From: a virus
Lineage: Duplodnaviria; Caudoviricetes
IMG/VR virus record: IMGVR_UViG_3300037603_000045
Coordinates: 1-31,768 of that record
Strand: one strand, 5' to 3'
DNA: 31,768 nt
Shown: one piece after another, positions 18,453-26,054 of the stretch
How positions within the stretch are numbered: the stretch's first letter is position 1
How the letters are laid out: the number at the start of each line of letters is the position of its first letter
Program-made: the position numbers and the translations under genes
Notes under the pieces: generated by a model
The model's input: the letters and a program-made list of their open reading frames with translations, nothing else
What the model was told of the DNA's origin: nothing
Database searches by the model: none

Positions 18453-18916
18453 CAGATCCGCCCCAGCCGATTGCGCGTGAACATGCGCTCGGGCGCGGTC
18501 ATCACCACTTCGTTCTGGTCGATCGATCCGGCAGGATCGGAGCTGTCCGAAGACCCGGCTCCGACCAGGCTCAATGCGCCCTTGCCCGACGCGATGGCTT
18601 CAAGCCGCTTGATCGTTGCCTCATAGCGCTCCTTGATCGTGTCCGATGATCGGGAGAAGGCGAGCGCGATCCGGTAGAGCGCGATGTCCATGCAGTAGAC
18701 CTTGACGATCGTCAGCGAGGTCTCGTCGAGATTGGCGAGATCCGCGGTCGAATAGCGCGCCTGCAGGATGGCGATGATCTCGGTGGTCGCGTCATCGAGC
18801 GCCAGATCGATCCGGCCATCATCGCGCAGGCCGGTGTTCTCGTCGGCCGCGAGCAATGTCAGCTCGGACGGGTACCGGGCTTCGAGATCTCCAAGGGCTG
18901 CAAACGGCGCGACCAT
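18452..18916 (-). CDS. Mu gp36-like head-tail adaptor (DUF1320)
   Basis: ALDDATTEI..LQARY, CMDIALYRI, RYEATIKRLEAIASGK. Confidence 0.9.
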   Translation of the reverse strand: MVAPFAALGDLEARYPSELTLLAADENTGLRDDGRIDLALDDATTEIIAILQARYSTADLANLDETSLTIVKVYCMDIALYRIALAFSRSSDTIKERYEATIKRLEAIASGKGALSLVGAGSSDSSDPAGSIDQNEVVMTAPERMFTRNRLGRI

Positions 18917-18950
18917 GATGGCAATTCATCCTTTCGGGGCTAGGGCGAAC

Positions 18951-19526
18951 TCAGGCTTTTGCCGGCCTGCCGTCTTCGAACTCGCCTTCGACCGCGCTGA
19001 AGCGCTTGAGCTCTTCAAAGCCGGCGCGGTTGAGCGTGATCCGGTCGCCCCTCAAAAACCGCTTGCCGTTCTGCTTGACGGGCGAGAGCGCAATGAAGAT
19101 GCGCTCCTCGCTCTGGCCGACAGCCTGAGGCTCTGGATTTGTGCCGGACGGCTTGCCTTTCGCCGGTTTGGCATCCGCCTTCGAGGCGGGCTCAACAGGA
19201 CCTTGAGAGCCGTTTGAAGCGCCTTCAACAGCACCTTCTGGTGCAGGTGCCGAGCCCGTGGCTTCGGATTTGGCGTGCTCGATTTCCTTGGTGAGAAGCG
19301 CTTCACGCTCGTCTTCTGGCAGGGCGTTCCAGGCCTCGGCGGAAAGCCCTGACCGCGCATGCGCCTTCATTACGATCTCGCCGAGCTGGACGGTCTGGCC
19401 TTCCGCGATTTCGATGTCGGCCGGAAGCGTGCTGGAGCCGTTCAGGGTTTCCTCGCTGGCCGGCTTGTTTGTGGCAGGCGCTGTCGATGCTTTCGGGGTT
19501 TGGGTCTGTTGTGCTTTGCGGGCCAT
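18951..19526 (-). CDS. Hypothetical head-associated protein (low complexity, Ala/Pro/Glu-rich)
   Basis: ATG at 19526 with SD GGAGG; position after the capsid gene (Mu gp35-like slot). Confidence 0.72.
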   Translation of the reverse strand: MARKAQQTQTPKASTAPATNKPASEETLNGSSTLPADIEIAEGQTVQLGEIVMKAHARSGLSAEAWNALPEDEREALLTKEIEHAKSEATGSAPAPEGAVEGASNGSQGPVEPASKADAKPAKGKPSGTNPEPQAVGQSEERIFIALSPVKQNGKRFLRGDRITLNRAGFEELKRFSAVEGEFEDGRPAKA

Positions 19527-19601
19527 GCTCGCCTCCATCGGGTGTTCGCTCTTGGTCAACTCGTCTTCAACTCACGGGGGCCTTCGCTCGGGGGGTATTG
19601 C

Positions 19602-20564
19602 TTAGGCTGCGACCGCGCCGGAGATCTGGAAGCCGGTATCCTTGGCGACGACCAGCTCCTTGACCCGCTCGCCCTCGCGGATAATGACGCCGCCCTGCAG
19701 ACCGACATCGCCGTCCTCGCGGCGCATCACAACCAGCGAGCCATATTCGGCGGTAAAGCCGAAGGTGACGTCGCCGTCCGGACCCGCGTCCGAGTTGATG
19801 TAGAGAAGCTGCAGCGACGTGCCCCAGACCATCTGAAGGTTCGCGACCTGGCCGGGGCGGGCCGCATTGATCTGGCTTTCGCCAACCAGCACGCGGCGCA
19901 GGCCGAAGAGCCGGGCGAACTCTTCCTTGGTCACAATGCCCTGGTTGGTCAGGTTGCCGCGGATGGCGTTGACGATCTGCGGGTGCGAGGACAGGTAGTG
20001 CCAGACCAGCTCGCCCATAACAGCGGTGTTGGGCCGATGAACAAGCGTCGAGCGCATGGCGTCCTTGATGTCGCCGATCGGGTTCGAGTTCTCATAGTCC
20101 GACCACTTGTCCGTTCCGGTCAGCGCAAGCCGCCGGCTGGCGGCATAGGTATTGGGATCCTGGATCAGGTCCGCCACGCGGATCTCGCGGTTGTTCATGT
20201 TGTAGCTCTTGATCCGGCGCGCTGCCTGGCGTTCGGGATCGATCGTCGAAAGCTTCTTCTCGCGCGCGTTTCGGGCTGCCTCGATATCCGAGTTCGGGAT
20301 CGGGATTTCCAGGCCGTAATCCTTGACGGCGCTCTCCTTCTCTTCGCCGCTCAGCTCGATCCGGTTGACCCGGCCGGTGCGGCCGACCGTGTTGTCGGGA
20401 ACGGCAAAGCCTTCTTCCAGCGAATACTCGGTCCAGGAGAACTTCTCGCCGCCGACCGGCACGCGCGGCAGGACCTGGTCGGCGATATAGACGGCGTCCG
20501 GGTTCTGATAGCCGATCGCATAGGCCGTCAGAATGGGGTGGACGGTAAAGGGGCGGACAGTCAT
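19602..20564 (-). CDS. Major capsid protein
   Basis: HPILTAYAIGYQN..YIADQVLPRVPV, RPNTAVMG; follows the cement gene. Confidence 0.9.
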   Translation of the reverse strand: MTVRPFTVHPILTAYAIGYQNPDAVYIADQVLPRVPVGGEKFSWTEYSLEEGFAVPDNTVGRTGRVNRIELSGEEKESAVKDYGLEIPIPNSDIEAARNAREKKLSTIDPERQAARRIKSYNMNNREIRVADLIQDPNTYAASRRLALTGTDKWSDYENSNPIGDIKDAMRSTLVHRPNTAVMGELVWHYLSSHPQIVNAIRGNLTNQGIVTKEEFARLFGLRRVLVGESQINAARPGQVANLQMVWGTSLQLLYINSDAGPDGDVTFGFTAEYGSLVVMRREDGDVGLQGGVIIREGERVKELVVAKDTGFQISGAVAA

Positions 20565-20626
20565 GGCAATGTTTCCTTTTCAAGCCCCTTCGGGCCGCTT
20601 CAGATCAAGGGTGAAAACGCGGGCGA

Positions 20627-21010
20627 TCAGGCCGCCGGCGTGTTGAGGGCTCCGGGCGCGATCAGCATCGGGAAGATGTCGCCCGCGACAGCATCGAGCA
20701 GCGCGATGCCCACGTAGCGCACGACGTCGCCGGCTGAAGGTGCGGCGGCAACGCCCTTGGAGTTGGCGTCAGCGGTGATGAAATCGCCGGCAGTGACATT
20801 GCCGCCTGCGACCACGTCATAGGTGCCGGACAACACCACATCGAGCTGACTGCCGGCTTCCGCGCCCATGCGCTCGGAGACGCCGAGAATGGCGTCGGTG
20901 TTGGCTGTCGCAGCCTCGGCGATGTTGTCGGTGCCCGAGAGCGCGACGATCAGGTTGCCGGCAACAGCGCCGACAATCGGGAACGACTTGATGAGGGTTG
21001 GATTGCTCAT
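20627..21010 (-). CDS. Capsid cement/decoration protein (DUF2190-like)
   Basis: ILGVS, VVAGGNVTAGDFITADANSKGV, VGIALLDAVAGD. Confidence 0.85.
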   Translation of the reverse strand: MSNPTLIKSFPIVGAVAGNLIVALSGTDNIAEAATANTDAILGVSERMGAEAGSQLDVVLSGTYDVVAGGNVTAGDFITADANSKGVAAAPSAGDVVRYVGIALLDAVAGDIFPMLIAPGALNTPAA

Positions 21011-21522
21011 GACTTGGTGATCTCCGAGAGAGCGAGATCGAACTCGGCGTCATAGTTGAGCACCACGCCACGCGCGGCGGCTTCTGCGACCCGTGTTCGA
21101 ATGTTGGCGGAAAGGGCCATGATGTCGACGTCGCCGGCATCAAGGTTTTCGGTGGTGGCCTGGCCGGGCGTCGGCTTGCCGTCGAGGCCGGTGTCGCCGA
21201 GCTTGGGCGTCATCGCCTCAAACAGCGCGGTGACCGAGGTCAGGCCCTCGTCGGTGGCGCACAGCGTCTCGTAGTGCTGGCGCTGGGCCGGCGTGATCTT
21301 CTTGGCCTTGAGCGCGCCCTCGATCAACTCGTCAACCTTGTCCTTGCGGGTCTCGGCTTTCAGCGTTTCGAGTTCGGTGTTCGCAGCCTGTAGCGACTGA
21401 AGCGCCTCTTCATGGACGGCCTTGTCGACCAAGTTGGCGCTGAGCGACTGGATGGCGCTCAGGCATGAGGTCTCGCTTGCGTCTTCGGTCAGGCCGAGCG
21501 CAAGAGCAATTGCCTTGGACAT
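21007..21522 (-). CDS. Nested scaffold protein (Mu gpZ-like internal in-frame start)
   Basis: AAGGAACCGAAA-ATG internal SD plus ATG (MSKAIALALGL) at the protease/scaffold junction. Confidence 0.65.
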   Translation of the reverse strand: MSKAIALALGLTEDASETSCLSAIQSLSANLVDKAVHEEALQSLQAANTELETLKAETRKDKVDELIEGALKAKKITPAQRQHYETLCATDEGLTSVTALFEAMTPKLGDTGLDGKPTPGQATTENLDAGDVDIMALSANIRTRVAEAAARGVVLNYDAEFDLALSEITKS

Positions 21523-22053
21523 TTTCGGTTCCTTGTTTGTGGATGAAAGCTCAGCGCTCGCAAGCGCGGGCATGGATATGCCGGGGGCAGCGACAAGCCC
21601 GGCCGAGTGCAGCCAGAGCGCCTTGCCGAACTGATCGGGCTTGAGAGATGGCGAGATGTAGCGATGCGACCGGGCGGTGAGGATCTTCATGCCTTCGTCA
21701 AGCCACTCGGTCCGGCCATAGAGACCATCGGGCCGGGCTTCGAGCTTGTTGATCCAGCCAATCGCGGGAGCCGTTTCGCCGAACAGGCCGCCCTTGGCGG
21801 TCGCGTGATCAAGGTCGATCGGCAGATCGACGCCATCGGTATCGAAGCGGCGGACCAGCAGCTCAGGATCGACTTCGAGCTGGCGTCCATCGCGGGCTGT
21901 GAAGCGGCCACGCGGCGCGAGCTTCACCCACTCCGGACCGCGCGAGGCGTCGTGAGGCTTGCCGGCGGCATAGACGTCAAACAGGATGACGCCGGTGGCG
22001 CTTCCGGCATCGAGCTGTTCGCTCATAGAAAAGGTTTGCAATCGCGTGTTCAT
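21007..22053 (-). CDS. Mu-like prohead protease I with C-terminal scaffold
   Basis: LPIDLDHAT, APAIGWI, RYISP motifs; start re-called to the ATG at 22053. Confidence 0.92.
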   Translation of the reverse strand: MNTRLQTFSMSEQLDAGSATGVILFDVYAAGKPHDASRGPEWVKLAPRGRFTARDGRQLEVDPELLVRRFDTDGVDLPIDLDHATAKGGLFGETAPAIGWINKLEARPDGLYGRTEWLDEGMKILTARSHRYISPSLKPDQFGKALWLHSAGLVAAPGISMPALASAELSSTNKEPKMSKAIALALGLTEDASETSCLSAIQSLSANLVDKAVHEEALQSLQAANTELETLKAETRKDKVDELIEGALKAKKITPAQRQHYETLCATDEGLTSVTALFEAMTPKLGDTGLDGKPTPGQATTENLDAGDVDIMALSANIRTRVAEAAARGVVLNYDAEFDLALSEITKS

Positions 22054-22087
22054 GACTGCAAACTTGCACCAGGCCTCCCCGAGCGCC

Positions 22088-22104
22088 GGGCTGACAGCAG
22101 TCAG
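22088..22104 (-). promoter_or_regulatory. Late-promoter activator site (protease I operon)
   Basis: GGG-CTGAC-AGCA-GTCAG; CAAGTT -10-like element at 22066-22061 (minus strand). Confidence 0.75.
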
Positions 22105-22443
22105 GTTTGGAACCTCGGATCTGCTTGTCTGACCCGGCGCTAGGTTCCCGATCAACAGCAAACCGGGAAGCTTACCCGTTCACCCAGAAACAGATCGATT
22201 TTTGAGCCGGTTTTGAGGCGCGTGGAAAGGCAATTCGCTGTTAGTGGTTCCATCATGCGTTCAGAGCCGCAATTCGCATCAGCGGCCGAATTTGGCGGAT
22301 TCACCATTTCGCTGATCTATGCTTGTCCCTGCATTGATTATTCAAGACAAATTCGCCTATTAGAGCCAACAGCAAATGGCAGTTGTGGTGCGAGGCAGTA
22401 GCATCGCCTTGATTGGCCCTCGATGAGTTTCGTGTAAGGGGGA

Positions 22444-22599
22444 ATGATGGTAACCACTATGGTTCTGTTCTGGGTGGCAATAGTAACCACGATTATCGTG
22501 GTGACGCTTATCTCGCTCATGCGGCTCAAAGGACCTACGAACGATAGCCGCGATCATTGGCAGCCGTCTCGAGCATACGATTGGGACGCCAAGGATTGA
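22444..22599 (+). CDS. Small single-TM membrane protein (51 aa), accessory
   Basis: AAGGGGG SD-like run then ATG; MMVTTMVLFWVAIVTTIIVVTLISLMRLKGPTNDSRDHWQPSRAYDWDAKD; below the ORF-track cutoff; TTGATT..CTATTA promoter-like sequence at 22334-22362. Confidence 0.55.
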   Translation: MMVTTMVLFWVAIVTTIIVVTLISLMRLKGPTNDSRDHWQPSRAYDWDAKD

Positions 22600-22623
22600 T
22601 GGTACTCGCGCAAGGCTGCGTGT

Positions 22624-23124
22624 TCAGTTCACATCCTGGATAGCTTCAACACATCGCGAGAAATGCTCGCCAAAGGATTCGTCGAGGTCGATTGAATCGA
22701 AGACCGCCTCTTCCTCGTTTATCAAATCGATGACGTTGGAGATCTTCTTGTCGATGTCTTTGAGCGCCAGGTTGCAGGGGGAAAGCTCTCGGGCTCGCGA
22801 GAAATTCGTTCCCACCACCGCGCTCAAGGCCATTTTGTCGAACATGTTGCTCTTGTGCTGCAAGACAGCTGACGCGGATCTTAAACGATGCAGCCGGACG
22901 TCCTTCGAGTAAGGATTTGGCGCTTCAGTTACCCTTTTCATCTCGTCGAGTACAAAATCCATGTCCAGGAGCGACGTGATCGCCCACTCGTCCATGTCGA
23001 CTTGAAGAGTCTGCCCGTTCCGCAATTCCACGGTCACCCGGTGTCTTTCGTGCGCTTGCAGCGGTGCTGTCGCAAGCAGTGATGAAACTGCAAGTATCCA
23101 GACTGAGTAGTCGATTTTCAGCAT
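22624..23124 (-). CDS. Accessory exported protein
   Basis: Signal peptide-like MLKIDYSVWILAVSSLLATAPLQA; two Cys in the mature part; GAGGAG upstream. Confidence 0.65.
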   Translation of the reverse strand: MLKIDYSVWILAVSSLLATAPLQAHERHRVTVELRNGQTLQVDMDEWAITSLLDMDFVLDEMKRVTEAPNPYSKDVRLHRLRSASAVLQHKSNMFDKMALSAVVGTNFSRARELSPCNLALKDIDKKISNVIDLINEEEAVFDSIDLDESFGEHFSRCVEAIQDVN

Positions 23125-23177
23125 TGTGAGGTCCAAGCTCCTCTGTCTGCAGGGGGGCGCGCCGTATCCTCGCCGCG

Positions 23178-24419
23178 TCAATACTCATCCAGAAGGTCCC
23201 GGATGTCATCAATGGAACGTCCGACTGTCGCGACCAGTTCCTCGATTTGCTTCCTGCTTCGTCGTCGGGGCGCGCTGATCCTGAGAAACCCATCTGGCGA
23301 GAGTGTAACGTATAGATGCCACCAGATCTTCCCATGACGAGCGATGACGGATCGCACTCCAGGTTCGTCCTTTGGATCCCGCAGGACCATCCCGCTATCA
23401 ATGATCTTTGGCAGCAGCGCGAAATCCTCAAAGACCCATTGCTTCTTGTTTGCTTGCTCGACGATGTCGCGGCTGCTGATCGCAACAACCGGTGAAATGC
23501 CCGTGCGCTTCGTTTCCTCAGCCAGCTCCAACGCCAGACGCTCGGAGCGACCGGCCGGCAGAAAGACGGCATCTGGAAGCTTCGGTGCAATCCGAAGGAA
23601 CGGATCCGACCAGAGATCGGTCAGTACGCGGGTGGCGTCCTGGTTGCTTGCTGCTTCCAGCCGGTCGGAGACGGACCGGATCAGGGTCTGTATCCGCGTC
23701 CGGCCGGGATTGGTGTGCCAGCCCGCGTCAATGCCTTCGGGGATCATCTCGACCTGACCGGTGCGGCGGTTGATATGCGGCCGGTCAGGTCCGGTCTCCG
23801 GTCGCGTGTCAGAATAGCCGGCGGAGGTTTTCAGCCGATCGGCCTCGCGTTTGGTGATCTGCCGCACCGTGCATTTGCAAAGCCAGCCATTGGGCGGGAA
23901 GTGCGTATTCCAGAACGGATCATCGACCGGCAGGATGGTGCCGGCGAAAGCAAGATGCTCCGGCCGGGGCTCAATCGAAGTGGTGCGCACATACAAGAGA
24001 TACGGCAGGAACCGCTTGGATTTCTGAGCGCGCTCCCATTGGCCGGCTGCGCGTGCCGAATTCATGTTCGACCAGAAGATCAGCTTGAGCCGCCGGTCGG
24101 AGGCATAGTTGACCAGCTTGTCGGGATCTATGCCTTGTGGATCCTTAACCAGGCGCGGAGCGAACCAGCCGAGCCCGGTCAACCGGGTGTCGATCTTCTC
24201 CTTCCAGGTCTCGAAGCCTTCACCCTTGCCGAGGCTCTCCGACATCGTCGAGCGGAAAGCCTTAAGGACTTCAAGCTCCACCGCGCCGGCCACCGTCATG
24301 GCATTGGCATGTTCCTCGCCATAGACGTCGAGCCAGGAGAAGGACGGCTTTAGAACCTTGCGGTCGAAATAGCCGGTGACGGCTTCCGGTACGGGGAACG
24401 GCTTTCTAATCTCGGCCAT
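23178..24419 (-). CDS. Mu gp30 / MuF minor head protein with C-terminal extension
   Basis: SFSWLDVYGEEHANAMTVAG, RRLKLIF, RPEH, DDPFWNTHFPPNGWLCKC, PEGIDAGWHTNPG. Confidence 0.93.
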   Translation of the reverse strand: MAEIRKPFPVPEAVTGYFDRKVLKPSFSWLDVYGEEHANAMTVAGAVELEVLKAFRSTMSESLGKGEGFETWKEKIDTRLTGLGWFAPRLVKDPQGIDPDKLVNYASDRRLKLIFWSNMNSARAAGQWERAQKSKRFLPYLLYVRTTSIEPRPEHLAFAGTILPVDDPFWNTHFPPNGWLCKCTVRQITKREADRLKTSAGYSDTRPETGPDRPHINRRTGQVEMIPEGIDAGWHTNPGRTRIQTLIRSVSDRLEAASNQDATRVLTDLWSDPFLRIAPKLPDAVFLPAGRSERLALELAEETKRTGISPVVAISSRDIVEQANKKQWVFEDFALLPKIIDSGMVLRDPKDEPGVRSVIARHGKIWWHLYVTLSPDGFLRISAPRRRSRKQIEELVATVGRSIDDIRDLLDEY

Positions 24420-24428
24420 GATCCCGGC

Positions 24429-26054
24429 CTAATCCCTCACGTCGCCGATGCCGCGCGCGATCGCGGTCAGCTCGGCGAGTTTCTCGACAAAGGCTCCGGC
24501 GTCCGGACGAGCCGCGTTTAGCATCGCGATCGCTTCGTCATAGCTCTTGGCCTCGGCCAGGATGTCGAGGAACGGCTTGAACAGCGGTGCGGACAACTGC
24601 TCGAAGCCCGAGACCTGCTCGAACAGCTCTTCGAGTTCACCGACCGCATCCTCGCGCTCGCCGGCCGCAGCGAAACTGGAGCAGCCCGGACACATGCAGC
24701 CATCGCCGTGCCCGTTGATGGCCGGGTTCGCCGAGAATTTGCCGAGCTTCTGCTTGCCAACCTGCTTGGCGCTCTCACGCGGATCGAGCGCCTTGGCATC
24801 AGATGGCGTGGCCGGCGCTGTGAGGACATCCTCCTCTTCGCCGGGATCGGACAGGCCCAGCTTGTCGCGGATCTCGCGTTGACCAACCCGCAAGCCTAAC
24901 GGCACGAGCTGCGCCAGGCTCGATGACAACGCCTCGACATCTTCAGGATCCGGGACTGGCAGTTCGACGCGGGGATACTCGTTCTGCGGCCCGAAGTTCA
25001 GATCAACGAAGGGCCGTATCAGATCGCGGTTGATGGTCGATGCGAGCTGCTTGCCATCGGCGCGCAGGATGTCGAGCCGGACCTCGTTGTGGATCTTGGC
25101 CTGACCGAGCGACGAGCCATCATCGGACGTCATGGTCTGGCCGACCACCAGCTTCGAGATCTGCTTGTCGACATAATCGAGCAGCCCACCGAAGACAGCT
25201 TCCCCGCGCGTGCCGCTGACCTCGTGGAACTCGAAATCCATTCCCTGGGGAATGATGGCAGCCCCGTCATTGGCGATCATGGTGACTGCACGCAGCAGCG
25301 TGCGCTTGTCCTTCTCCGATGCTGCCGAGTGATACCGGCCGACGCGGAACGGGATGCCATAGATTTCGGCAAAGGCCGACCAGTCCTGCAATCCGAAGGA
25401 TTGGATCAGATAGGCCCAGGCGGCAGGTCGCGCCACACCGCGCCTTATCGGAATGCCCATCTTCGAACGCGGCATGTGACGCAGGAATTTGGCCTCGGGC
25501 AGGACCTCGCCATCCGCGTTGCCATCAATCACCAGGCGCAACTCGGACAGACCGATGCGTTCGAACTGGAAGAAGCGCTGATCGCGCGAGATGTATTTGA
25601 CCGGCTGCAGGAGCCTCTGCTCGTACTCCCAGCACATCTCGACGGTCGCGAAGCCTTTGGCGATCCCGTCAGTGAGCGAGCCGAGTGCATCATCAAAGCC
25701 GTCATTCTCGATGAGTGTCTTCACCGCGTCGACGATCTTGGTCGGAACCGATTTGTCGGCTTCGACCGAAACGCCAATGCTCTCGATTGCCAGCCGCCTG
25801 GTCTGCAGCTGGCTCGCGTAATGCAAGTAGCGCTCCTCCATTTCTTCGGCCAGCGTGAGATAGGAACGGATGTCGCCGGTGGCGGCCCGCTGCAGGATCG
25901 AAGCGAGCTTCTCCGGTGTAAGCCCGGTGGCTTCGCGATCGGAATGGGTCTGGCGGCTGCCGGTCAAGGATGGCTGGGCGATCTCTTCACTGAGGCCGGA
26001 GATCTCGATCGGGCGGCCGTCCGGCCCGAGGATTGTGCTCTTGCGCGTTACCAT
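24429..26054 (-). CDS. Portal protein (Mu gp29, DUF935)
   Basis: GLTPEKLASIL, LAEEMEER, DWSAFAEIYGIPFRVGRY, ISKLVVGQTMT, HNEVRLDI. Confidence 0.95.
   Translation of the reverse strand: MVTRKSTILGPDGRPIEISGLSEEIAQPSLTGSRQTHSDREATGLTPEKLASILQRAATGDIRSYLTLAEEMEERYLHYASQLQTRRLAIESIGVSVEADKSVPTKIVDAVKTLIENDGFDDALGSLTDGIAKGFATVEMCWEYEQRLLQPVKYISRDQRFFQFERIGLSELRLVIDGNADGEVLPEAKFLRHMPRSKMGIPIRRGVARPAAWAYLIQSFGLQDWSAFAEIYGIPFRVGRYHSAASEKDKRTLLRAVTMIANDGAAIIPQGMDFEFHEVSGTRGEAVFGGLLDYVDKQISKLVVGQTMTSDDGSSLGQAKIHNEVRLDILRADGKQLASTINRDLIRPFVDLNFGPQNEYPRVELPVPDPEDVEALSSSLAQLVPLGLRVGQREIRDKLGLSDPGEEEDVLTAPATPSDAKALDPRESAKQVGKQKLGKFSANPAINGHGDGCMCPGCSSFAAAGEREDAVGELEELFEQVSGFEQLSAPLFKPFLDILAEAKSYDEAIAMLNAARPDAGAFVEKLAELTAIARGIGDVRD

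Noticed and set aside
19359-20717. 452-aa plus-strand ORF
   Set aside because: Antisense shadow of the capsid and cement genes
22338-22557. Minus-strand 63-aa and 65-aa ORFs
   Set aside because: No SD and odd composition; the plus-strand 51-aa TM ORF is better supported
24680-24715. HGDGCMCPGC metal-binding motif in the portal linker
   Set aside because: Short motif in a low-complexity linker; nothing further supports a function
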